Position numbers and translations under genes: made by a program. This document shows positions 36,001 through 47,811 of a stretch of 60,919 nucleotides of DNA, one piece after another. The first letter of the stretch is position 1. Each line of letters opens with the position of its first letter. The stretch is from Hyphochytrium catenoides. Lineage: Eukaryota; Protista; Hyphochytriomycota. The stretch spans positions 1 to 60,919 of the forward strand of contig FLMG01000427.1 in NCBI GenBank assembly GCA_900088475.1. Reading direction: 5' to 3'. Under the pieces are notes generated by a model, which saw nothing but the letters and a program-made list of their open reading frames with translations, did not search any database and was not told the DNA's origin.

Positions 36001-39000
36001 GTGTTAGCAACCTCTTTATCTACGAAACGAAGGATAAGGATGCCCTTACGACAGGTAAACCGACAATCCCTCCTTTGATTCTACCTATAATCCTCGTACT
36101 CCGAGGCTACTGCGTCTCGAAGCTTCACATTCCCACTATTCAAGCGTCTCTTGTGCACCAGTTGAATGACTTGCTGCCAGCCCCTCTCTTGGTTATGTTT
36201 GATCTCAAAAATAACTTTTATGGCCTTCCTCATTTCTCTAAACCTTTGTTTCTTTGTCTCTTCTCAGAGCTGCCGCCACATGCACAAGGGGAGCTGCAGG
36301 ACATAGTGAAGAAGTCTTCCCTCTCGCTTCTTGACTATAGTCATATTCTCTTCTCCTCAAGCGCAGAAGAGTGGGATGTCAGTAAGGGCAAAAGAGGGCC
36401 TTACAATATCCCGAATTACGGTATAAGAACCAGCACCTTTCCATGCTAGCGGCTTTCCACGTACACTGTCCAGCTCCCGCTTTCTTTGAGTTTTGTGGAA
36501 CTTTTTTACTTCCTCAGAAGAATACGTTGTGTCAGTCCTGCTTTTCACTGCCATGACTTCGTCAGCACCTTTCGTCGTCTGTCTGTTGGCTGTGTTGGCC
36601 CTTCCGGCAAACTCATTGTCTTGCGTATATACCTAGGTGATCTTCTATGGTGCGGTGTGGCTGGTCCTTATGTCGTGTTCGAGAAGATGAGGGAAGGCAA
36701 TGACCTCGGGCATGCGTTAGCCGAGAATATAAGACAGGTCAGTATCTCCTCGCACGGCTCGTCACCTCTCATCATCCTTATCTTCATTGACTTCACATTT
36801 GTGCGCGCTATCTCTTCAATGTTGTTTTCTCCGATATCCATATCCTCTTTGAGCCTTGCTGATCTCCTACGAAATGCTTAGCTGATCCTGTCGTCTCCTG
36901 CCACAATGTAGGGCAATTGGCTGGCTGACTATCTCATTGGGAGGTTGGATGGAATAGAGTCATGCGCGAAGATCCAGCAGTGGATGAAGAAATACTTCTC
37001 AGCGTAAGAATACCCGCCAACTCCATCCTGGACAGTTTCATCTGTTTTCTGCCTTGACAACCAAGCCGCCTTTCCCCCTTCGTGGGTCTATGGAGAATAT
37101 TTCTTTCCCGTCTTCCTATACCTTCTTGGCCTGCTTAGCACTCTTCGATCTGTCTCAAATGACAGGACTTTCTTCACTCAGCGCTCACATGAGTGTCAAT
37201 TCGCCTCTTCTATGCTCCGTGATGCAGCCTTGATGAGGTTCCCCGAGGTCTTCGCCCTCAGGCCTTTTGGAACATTATCAAAGTTCTCTTCTCAGAGCTC
37301 AAGGAAGGCGCACTTCGTCTGCTCGGAAGCTTCTCCCAGGAAAACGGAGATTTTGTCCGAGATCTATCCCTGACGTCTTTCATGCTCCTCAGGGAGATTC
37401 CTTCCGCTCCTCTTTTCGACGTGGCAGCTCTACCTTCCCCTTTTTCTTCGTCTTCCGTTGCCCAGTCTTATGGCCACGGGCCCTCCATGGCGGCCGGGCT
37501 TCCTCATTTTGCTACGGGTTTCATGAGGGCCTGGGGCAGAGACACGTTCATCTCTCTGCGGGGACTGCTGCTGGTAACGGGAAGATTTGAGGAAGCGAAG
37601 AAAATAATACTTTCCTTCGCTTCAGTCATGCGACACGGACTAATCCCCAACCTTATGGACGGCGGGCGGAACCCCCGCTATAATGCTAGAGACGCTACCT
37701 GGTGGTTCCTCCAGGCAAGATACGGCTCTTGATGTATCTCCCATTTTTAAACCTCTACAGCCGGACAATCTATGCGAGCGAAATACTTTCTCCCTGTAGT
37801 TGGCCACTTTCTTCAATGTCGAGTTCCTTTGTCTCTTCTCTCTTCGCTAGGGAGGGATCTCTCATTCTTGACTTTCTCCTTTCTCTAACTCTTTCGCTTA
37901 ACTCCTTTTACCTCCCTTACTCCTGCTCAGGCGATTCAAGACTATGTGAAGTTAGTTCCTAATGGTGTCAGCATCCTGAATGAGAAGGTGGTCCACAAGT
38001 ATTCCACAGACAATCAGAGCGCTCGTGAGTTTCAGTCTCTGCTTTCCCCCTTTCAGCGCTGCCTTTAGCTTTTATAGCCGCCACTCTCTGGCTCTATGCT
38101 TCATAGGAGGCTTTTGCTATCTTCTGACGTTGGGCTCTTTTCATCCCCTAACTCCTCGGGGCTTCGTATACTGGACTGCATCGCTGACTAGTAACCACAT
38201 GAAAACTCTCGGCCTTTCTTCCTTTCCGCGTACTGCTTAGCGCTCAAGCCTCAAGAAACAACGCTTGCTGAGATCATGCAAAAGATTCTTCAAGCGCATG
38301 CGTCTGGCATTTCCTTTAGGGAATGGAACGCCGGTGCCCAGATTGACTCACATATGAAAGATGAAGGATTCAACATCTCAGTGAGATTTGAGGAAGAGAC
38401 AGGATTTATCTATGGAGGGAACAGGTGAATGTCCCAAGAATGCTTCTCGCTCTGTCTCCAGATTCCGTGCGTTCTACTCTATCGGCTTTTATTCTTCAGT
38501 GCATGGCTCCAATCTGCTCTTCCCCGAATTATTTTGCTCTTCAAATCATAGTGGCACTAGTGTAAGCGATGTAAACCGGTGGCCCCTAAGACCGTTCTTC
38601 ATACTCACCAGCTCGAACTGTGGCACCTGGATGGACAAAATGGGAGAGTCAAAGGAGGCAGGAACTGATGGAGTACCTGCAACGCCTAGAGATGGAGCAG
38701 ATGTGGAGGTGAGATAGATTTGCAATGGACGGCAAAGGGCTTGAAGGCTAGAACTGCAACACATAGAACAAACAACCCAACGGCGCTGTGACCCTTGCTA
38801 TCTTCATTGAAGCCGGCCTGTGTCGCGTATCGCCTGACTCTGTCAAATTATAGATTATTGGACTGTTGGCCTCTACGGTCAAGTGGCTTTCGGAAGTGGC
38901 GTCTAAATACCCCTACCAAGGTGTCAAACTTGGCTCCAAGGATAAGGAGAGAAAGTTAACTTGGAAAGAGTGGTACCAAAAGCTGCAGGTGATATGGTTA

Positions 39001-40578
39001 GCTTCTTTCGTACCAACCTTCGTCTATTAGTTCATGCTCACTTCCCGTTGCAACTGTTCTTCGCATGGCCGATCTGCTATGCTGTGTAACACACCCTTCG
39101 CTGTAGTCCAAGCGTGTTTTCCTTTGTATGCTTCTGTCCCCTCGAAGCTTCTAGGGGAATGCTACATGCCATATGTTTGGCTTCTGCCACATATACCTAA
39201 CCGACGTGCCTTCCTGTCGCGGCAATTTTACTAGGACAACTTTGAGCGTCACTTCTACATCCCTGAGGTGCCGGAGGAGGATGATCTGTATGAAGTGGAC
39301 TTGAAATTGATCAACAAGAGAGGAATCTACAAAGATGTCCTTCGCAGCAGCATCGTTTGGACAGACTATCAGCTAAGGCCAAACCAGGTAAGCCTCACTT
39401 TGATACCCCTCTCTCGATCTGCCAGTTCGGCATTTGGCGTACCGTCAGGCGTAACCACGCTACTACTCTCGGCTTCTCCATCTCTAGCACACCCAGTCTC
39501 CTTCATGTGGCCTGAGCTCTCAAATCTCCTTTGCTTTACCAGGCGATTGCGATGGCAGTTGCACCTGGTCTTTTCAACCCTGATCACGCAAAGTTAGCCT
39601 TGAATACTATCGAACGGTATCTACTGGGCAAGGAACAACTAGGAGTGAAGACCTTAGACCCGACAGACTGGGCCTACCGAGGTTGCTATGACAACTCGAA
39701 TGACTCCACGGATGGAAGTATAGCCAGAGGTTTCAATTATCACCAGGTAGATCACCAAGTTGTTTCCGCTCCGTTGTGAGGCTATGCACGTACGGGAAGA
39801 TCTTTTCCACGCCTGTGTGAGCGACGCTATGCCTAAGTCGCTACCTCTCACCGCTCAGTCCTCCCGATACCTTTCGACACCCTTGTCTGCCGTCAACTGC
39901 GACAAGCTTTGAAATACAGCTCACCCCAAGAGTGACTTCGTCTTTGAACCTTCTGCACTTCCCGTACTATCAACCTAATGTCTTTATTTGGTTCTAGTTT
40001 TCTTTGATCATTTCACTCTCTGACGCGCGCAAATTCCCTCTCCTTCTTTCCTCGTCCACATTGACAGGGGCCAGAGTGGCTGTGGCCCTTAGGGTATTAC
40101 ATTCGTGCCTGTTTCCAATTCGTGGTCAATGAAGGCGCCAGTGTCAAAGCCATCCACCAAGCTAGAAAGAGGTTCCTCGCCGCCTCCACCATCAACCACT
40201 TTGAGCACATGAAGACAGTACCTGAACTCTCCCTTCCTGAGCTTACTANNNNNNNNNNNNNNNNNNNNNNNNNNNNNNNNNNNNNNNTCTACCTCTCGCC
40301 CACTGTCCCTGGCCTACCTTATCTGAAACAGTTCCATTATAGGGCAAATCTAATCCACCTCTTTTGGTCTTCTGTCCATAAGATGCCCTCCCTATGAAAC
40401 TCTCTAACTGTCCCACTCTGTCCTTCACGGCCAAGTTGGATTGAGCTCCAAGATGACCCCATCCTTACCGTCCTTTCCGCATGCAGGAAATTTCTGTCCA
40501 TTCAGCTGCTACTGTCAGGCATGGTCTATGGCCACGCTCTTGGATGCAGCATGGGATATCTTTGAGACCGGATCGTAG
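30020..40578 (+). CDS. AGL: Bifunctional glycogen debranching enzyme (4-alpha-glucanotransferase / amylo-1,6-glucosidase), more than 25 exons
   Basis: [154 protein letters not shown]. Stop TAG 40576-40578. Gap 40249-40287 hides one exon end. Confidence 0.96.
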
Positions 40579-40719
40579 GGCATGTAGTGGAGCGCTCGTA
40601 GGGCTAGGGAAGCGAAAGAGTGACTCAACGTAGTCGGCATACAGTCTACATAATAAATAGTCCCAGGCCTTTTAACAGCCCCATAACGGCGGTGCAGGAA
40701 GTAATTTTTCTCTCTCATA

Positions 40720-43123
40720 TCATCTTCCTTTGCTCTTCGCCTTCCCTTTCTTCCCTGCTGGTCCTGCCTGCCCTGTGAATCCACAATCCTCCAAAATCTT
40801 TCTGCAGCAGTTGTTGATGTGCTTGAAGCGGTCAGGCCCAAGCTGGATACCACCATACCATCGGGAAACGACCACAATCTGAGGTGACAGGAACAGTGAC
40901 GGTCATTTCTTAGTCACACTGACTATATCCGTGGAGCTTGCAAGTTATGGGATAGACATGATTTGAGATGACATGTAGGAAGCCATTCTGCAGAGTAGTG
41001 TGGCTGGGATGGAAGTGGTGCCAGGGTGAGAGAGCAGCACACTGGAGAAAGAGAGTAAAGAGATAGAGGACGCAAAGTGCCATAGAGACCGATGGGATGG
41101 GTAAAAGGTCTTTGACGATTTATGTCGCGATCAGAAAGAAAGGAGATTAGGAGACGAAGATGACGCAGCCAATTGTCAGCGAGACACCAACATCGCCCCA
41201 GTCTAACAGATGCGAAGAGCAAGCAAGCCCAGAGGCGGAAGGGATTAAGAATGAAGAAGACAGAGGAGAGCACAGAACAACAGGAGTACAAGAGAAGGAG
41301 AGAGCCACCCACCACGTCTCTAACGTCCATTATCTCCATTACGTGTGCCATCCGGCTCCCGGCTGCAGTCTCTCCGTCATCGTCGTTGTCTTTCATAAGA
41401 ATGTTCCGGCCTGCGTCGAAGAACCGGTAGGCCTGGTTATCATACGTACAGAATGGAGATCAGCAACCATGTGGACGATTTCAGCACTACCGGTCGGTGG
41501 AGCACGAGGAAGTGCGGTGAGGGCTAGAAGTTCACCACTAGTCTAGGTGTAGTTGCAGCTCGTTGGAGCCAAGAGGATAAGAGCGAGGGAGCAACGACAA
41601 TAAAGGATTACAAAGTTCTAGCTGGATGTTACCATGATGTTGTGGGTTGCCCTGGCTATCTTCCTATCACTGAGCAGCTCTCTCATCACCAGCTGCACTT
41701 CCTCCATACTATGCACGCGCGCCAAATGAGCCTAAGAAAGGTTACAAGTGGTCAATCCCTACATCCTTCTCTTCTCCTCTTCTCCACGCCGACTCTCCTC
41801 CCGTATTGGGTTCCTTCGAATCTACGTTAGTTCGCGTTCCCGAATTCCTCTATTTCAGCATAAGTCGCTATGCGGCTCTAGTATCACGATCTATCTTGGT
41901 CGCTACACCCCGTGGCTCTGCCCCACTTCTCTCCCTCCTTCTTAAAGCCTCTTCTATCTTGCTCTCTTGCATCTATCAAGGTTCCAAGGCGTCTCTCCTG
42001 GTGCTCCATTTGCCACCAGGATGACAGACAACCTTTACGTTCCGGCTCTCTACTTTCATCTCCTATGCCCTACCTGAAAGGTGCTCTTGCGATCTGTGAA
42101 GGGCTCGCCGTGGATGATCTCTGGCAGGGTAAGGCTGGACAACCCAGACGCAGACCGCTATTCGGCACATTCAAGAGACAGAAGTTGTTAGGACAAGAGG
42201 AGGAATCTAGGGCGTATACAGAGACAGTAACAGAAGCAGTCTCCCAGCCATAACCGCCTTAGGGGAGCATCCAAGAGGGAGGGAATTGATCACACTAGGG
42301 TCGGCGGAGCTACTCTATGAGGGTGACGACCCCCATCAATTAGCACAGCAGAAGAGCAAAGCAGAGAAAGCATGGAGTAGGACGGACCCAAAGAGGAAAC
42401 TGATGGTGAACCCTACTTCTTGGTCCTTGGTCTGCTCTGTCTCCTCCTCCATCTGCTGAACATCTTTTACTTGTCGGCGCGTCTCATCCTCTTCCCCAAT
42501 CTCTCCTTCTCGATGTAATGCAACGTGCTCATCCTCTTCCGGAACAGATACATTTTCAGCAATGTAGTCCTTGACCAGCTCCATCCATCGGAAGACCATG
42601 ACCTCACCCTTCATCTCCTCATACGCAGCCATCTAATTCGGACAGAAGGGACGACTGAGATGGAGGAACAGTGCACATAGAGTCGATCACCACGCTTGAA
42701 CAATTGAAACAAAGGAGAACGGAGGCTAAAGACAAACTAAATGGAAGACCTCTGCATCACCATTTGCTCTGCAATATCAGATTTCATCTCCTCCGTCAGT
42801 CGACCGCTTTCTTCTTCAACTTGCACTACTGGCGGCTCCAGCAGGGGATAAGTGACTGGCAAATGGAAGAAAACAGCAGCTTCTGGCAATTCTGACTCGG
42901 AGAGGTCAATGCGAATAGAGCACGCTCTCGGCGTGCCATCTGCCTCGCCATGCTTTTCCTCTATTAGCTGATAGCTTTCTCCATAGATAGCCTATTGCAC
43001 GGTTAGTATGACATCACCTTGCTGACAAGGATAGGTTGCGATCCTAGTCCATACCTCCAGCACCTCTCTCTCTTCCGCCTGTAGAGCTCGACACTCTTCT
43101 TCCACATCTCCGCCTTCCGCCAT
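40720..43123 (-). CDS. IMPACT: IMPACT/YIH1 protein (RWD domain + UPF0029 domain), 7 exons
   Basis: Spliced: MAEGG..EEREVLE|AIYG..HLPVTYPLLEPP..|..GEVMVFRWME..|..IIHGEPFTDRKSTFQ|AHLARV..KIARATHNIM|AYR..DNDDDGETAAGSRM..DV|IVVVSRWYGGIQLGPDRFKHINNCCR. Stop TGA at 40722-40720. Confidence 0.95.
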
Positions 43124-43828
43124 AGCATATCAGATCGTATCTCACCACTTAGAGCACTCTCAATGGCAAATACTATAGCGCCAGACGACAAGCCTGCGCG
43201 CGCCTCCTTCCATGGGACTCTGGAGCCCCACCGCCGTCGACAATGAAGAGAACTATGAAAAAAGAAGAAAGTGGAAGTTTTCTTGGCATGAGATGGAGAC
43301 GCGAATTTGCTGTGGTTGGAGTAATAATAAATAAGAATGCTTATATGTAGCTAGGGATTGGAGTAGTAATAATCTAAGCGATTATCTCTCTGTCTGCCTC
43401 GCCGAGGGTCCAATGCCGATGATCTCAGCTGCTCAAGCTGCAGCTTCATGGGATCCCTGCGAGCCGTGATGCCACGAGAAGAAAGACTCTTTCTTGGTCC
43501 GTGCAGAGACTAGTGCGTGAAGAGAAGAGCTATGATATCTACGCCTAGAAGTCCTATGAAAACCCTTTCTGCTTTATCCACAGACCCCAAGAAGATACAG
43601 CTCTTACTACTGCCTTATCTCTTTTTTGTCTGACGCCTTGGTTGATGATGGAGCATCCTCATCGAGCTGGAGAGTTTTTGACAGTCAACTCCCCTTGTTG
43701 GTGGTCCAAAGCACGTGATTTTTCGCTTTGCGGCTTAGCAAGGAGATTGATATGGAGAGCCGCCATTCTGGAAGAGTTGGCACTTGACGGAACTCTGATC
43801 CATTGACAAATCACTTGAGGACAGCCTC

Positions 43829-44404
43829 TCAAGAGCGTGCACGAGCTCCCCCAAGTCTTGATGGAGATTGTGAGTAGACCTGTATTGCATCGGGCGGCAC
43901 AGAGGAGGCCAATAATACACCGTTACTCGCCCTGTAGACCTCGATACCATGCGCTCGCAGGACGTTGCCATCTATTTTAAGGAGCACGTCGACGTTTGCT
44001 CGCTTCCCAACCTTGCTATCTGCTGACTCTGCCAAATGAACGTGAGTCCTGGTTGCGGCATTCAGACCTGTAGCAAGGATGGAGTCAACGTTCGTACGCT
44101 TTGTGCCATGATAGAGTGCCATATTGGTTGTGTCCACTACTTCCCAAGTGCTCTCCAGATCCGAAGACTGAACTGTACGGGCGGAATGGCCCTGGCAGGC
44201 TCGTATCCTCTCTCCTTGAATCTCAAAGCGCTTCTTGTTGTTGGTATCAACAACCTCTTGCAGAACAGACCTGGACACTCCCTTAAGATGACTGAGGAGG
44301 TCGTCAATTGAGGCCCAACCTTCTCTATCCATACAAAGCTCGTCTGAGTGGCGAAGCAGATAGCTCATCCTCTTCGAAACACGGACGTGGGCTGGAGTTG
44401 CCAT
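43829..44404 (-). CDS. TPT1: RNA 2'-phosphotransferase Tpt1/KptA, intronless, 191 aa
   Basis: SKRMSYLLRH, DREGW, KKRFE, IRACQGHS, LYHGT, GL...RTHVHL, ASNGVLL..SVPP: all the hallmark motifs of the family. Confidence 0.95.
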   Translation of the reverse strand: MATPAHVRVSKRMSYLLRHSDELCMDREGWASIDDLLSHLKGVSRSVLQEVVDTNNKKRFEIQGERIRACQGHSARTVQSSDLESTWEVVDTTNMALYHGTKRTNVDSILATGLNAATRTHVHLAESADSKVGKRANVDVLLKIDGNVLRAHGIEVYRASNGVLLASSVPPDAIQVYSQSPSRLGGARARS

Positions 44405-45371
44405 CGTCGCCTAGAAGGAACTGCCACTGGTAAAATGCGCTCACTCAGCCCTGCTGGATCGTTGACAGTCTTCGACCTGGTAAATTTTGCTCTGACCAGT
44501 ACACGGATGAGTCTCTGATAGTCCAGAAAGAGTCTGGATCCCTGTCGCACAAGAAGAACAGACGCACCAATCAACACGGAGCTTTCTTGGAAGGTTCCAA
44601 CAATCATTCTCACAGAGTGAAGGTCTTTCATCCATTAGAAGTCCAGCATACAGAGTTCTTTGTCATTGCTGGTGATGCTGTTGATGCTGCACTAAAGGGT
44701 CTCTTCTGAGGCCAAACTGTCATTCTTATGATGGCGTGGAGGCGGATCGCGGTAAGCCTATCTACTGCCTAAAGAAGTCACAAGCAACCCTGCGACAATA
44801 GAAATTGCCTCAACTGATAGATGGGCCGACGCTGGGCGGTCCGCGTCCACACAGCTGAGCCTTCAACCCTTTGAGCAGTTGTGGTGTGGCTAGCTACACT
44901 GTCATGGCATTCATCAATGCGAATTTCTTCTGGTCCCGGCAATGATCAGTTACGCCGTCACGGACAGTATAATCTGGTTTACATCATACTTCCGTCCACC
45001 ACAGGAGCCTAAGTCCTCACCAAAACAGAACTTGTCCATCGCAGCTCCGGGCCTTTGGAAATGAATAGCTTTAGGGACCTCAACAAACATTCGCCTTTGT
45101 GTGGCACAAGCGTGAGGGAAGAGCCAGTAGTGGATTCCAGAGAAAGAACACACCATTCATGCTTTTACATCCAGCTTGGCTGTCTTTTACTTCTTCCATG
45201 TTCTCCTGTCCGAGCTCTTCTTAGAGCTTGTTCTTGTATGCTATAAGGAACTTGATACAGTTGCGCGTGGAGCGGCACACGCGGACGGGAAGGCGAAAGG
45301 AAGCGCCTTGCCCTGACTGGTATTGACAGCGGTAATTAGGCTGACTTATTTTATAAATGGAGTAGCAGCGC

Positions 45372-47811
45372 TCAAGAGGCAGCATAAGCTTGAATCCCTG
45401 AGTCTAGCCGGGACAGAGCGTAACGTAAAATGCCTTCATCGCTACCCTTCAGTTCCAAGACTTTTGTCTCTTCATTGCTAACAAATCCCACAGCTTTAAG
45501 GAGAGCAACGCCACCCACGAACGGCAGAACTCTCTTCTTGAATGCGTTGTTCTCCATATTAATGCTCCGAAACTTCTCCTCTGTGGGTTTCTCCAGGATG
45601 TTCTTGATGTAGATCGATAGTGTCTTCATAGCAGTAAGGCCGTCGTTGCCCACCCTGTATTGGCTCAGCTTTTGAACCGCGATGTTGATCAACTCCTCCG
45701 GAGGTTGCTGTGGTTTCGCCTCTACCTTCTTCAGGTTAGATGACGGAGCGCTTCCGGGCGGTGCAAGGTCCTCCTGACTTATTGGGGCACCTACGCAAGA
45801 TAATCGGTCATTATAAATTGTTGCAAAAAGTTGCATCAATATGCATAACAGCCACAGAACCCAACATTGCAAGGCCAGGAGGACAAAAGTAAAGCTGAAC
45901 ATAAGACGAGCATAATGGAGCTCGCGAGCTAAGATTTCATTCAGAATCTTGGGTGCAGAAAGAGAGCACTATAGCTCCTGTGTCGCTTACCGCTCAGTTT
46001 ACCGCCCCGTGCCTTTCTTTCTGCCTTGTCCTTGGCGAGCTCTGCCCGCAGTCTTTCTCGCTCTCTCTTTGCATCCTCCTTTTCCTTCTTCCGCAACTCA
46101 GCGTCCCTTTTCAGCTGGATTGCCAGTAACTCCTCCTTGGTATGAGTCATTTCCTTTCCAGTCTTCCTTCTCTCCAGCTCCCTTATCCTCTCTGCCTCTT
46201 TTTCCTCCGCCTCTCGTTCTCTCCGACGCTGGGCGGCGCGTTCCTTTAGCTCCTGAAGCTTTCTCTGCTTCTCTTCAGCTGTCAAAGGAGCAGATGGTGC
46301 GTCTCGTATGTACGCACTATAGTCGGGCTCATCCAGAGCTTCATCGTCCTCATGAGCGGATAGCCATTCTATTGCAGCCTCGAGAGAGGTAGATCCAGCC
46401 AGTAGGGATTTTCGGCTACGGACTTCTGGGAAGCCCATATCTAAGAGCTATATTTAGGGGAAAAGAGTCAGAACCACAGTCTGACAGATAGGTGTTGAAT
46501 AAAATACGTTCTGGCATAAGGCCGCAATCGGCGAGACTCAGAGAGAAACGGAAGTATAAAAGGCCAAATGAGAGTCTGTCGCTATTTGAGCATACATCAG
46601 TAGATAGCAAAGACAACACGCATCGAAGAACTAGAGCTGCCCGAAAGTACACGAAGAAATAGAGTGTCTTCTTAACCAAAACATGCCAGCTAAACCGGAG
46701 CTGAACAGATAGAAAGGGATGTAGAATGTTGCTCTTTGAGTTGAACTGTGGCTTATTGACACAATTACCTGGGCGAGCAAAGATTCATTCACCGGTGGAG
46801 GGCCATTCTGAGCCGCTTTGGACTGTCCATCGGCTTCTCCTTCACCTTCCGTGGAGAGCTTCAAAGCCTCCTCCAGCATCCTTTGCTCCTCTTCATCTCC
46901 TTCTTCCGCGGATGTATCCATTGGCGCCACTATCTCGACAGGGGCAGCAGATGCGATTTGCTCAGTTAATGGAGGAGCAGTTGGTGAGATTGTTTTTTTG
47001 GCCTCTTCTCCGCTCGTTGTGAGTCCAAATCTCTTCAGTCTGGCGTCTCGCGGGTCCAGACCAGCAGTGGAAGTGCTGCCCAGGCTAAATCCTTCGCCAG
47101 AAAATGACGGTCGTACTTGGGCCTGAAGCTCAATTATTTTCTGCTCCAATCCCTGCGGATTGGCTCCAACAATTTCTGCCTTCTTCGTGGAATCAATATA
47201 AAAGTGAAAGGTAGGGAACCCGCGAACACCTGTGCAGAGAGTAATTAACTACAGAATTAGTTGCTTACAGGGGCAAATTGACGGCAGGGCTGACCTTTTG
47301 ACATGCAGAGATCTTGATTCTCATCGCCATCCACCTAGAGAGTCCAAGACAACGAAGGAAGCCAAGATTAACCATATGTCTAAAATTGACGGGCAATAGA
47401 AATAGATGCTGCAAGTTTGAGGAGTTACTTTCCCAGCACTACTTTATGACCGCTTGTAGAGAGAAGTCCTTCAGTCGTCATGCGCAGACTTGCTTACCGC
47501 CAAGAATAGTACATTAGGATACTTGAGACTCAGATTTTCGTAGACAGGCTGCCAAGTCACGCGAAGCATCACATTAGTGCCTATCAAGTCCCTGCAACAC
47601 TTCAGTGATCAAAAATACCTTTATCATCTGACATGGCCCACACCTGAGATACAGAAGGCGTTAGTTCACACCATAATCCATGGTCACACAAAGCTATACA
47701 CACGTACCAGGTAGCAGAGAAGTCAACGACTACAAGCTTCTTATTCGCGGAACTTCGAAGATGGCTGTTAAATTCTCCCTCTCCGTGCACTTCAATGACA
47801 TTCCCACCCAT
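45372..47811 (-). CDS. Thioredoxin-UIM-UBA-coiled coil-PUB domain fusion protein (putative p97/Cdc48 adaptor), 7 exons
   Basis: VVVDFSATW|CGPCQMIK|PVYENLS..VLFLA|VDGDE..G|VRGFPTFHFY..IVGAN (Trx); EEEQRMLEEALKLS (UIM); LLDMGFPE..SRKSL..LEAAIEWL (UBA); E/R/K-rich coil; TLSIYIKNILEKPTEEKFRSINMENNAF..GGVALLKAVGF (PUB). Confidence 0.9.
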
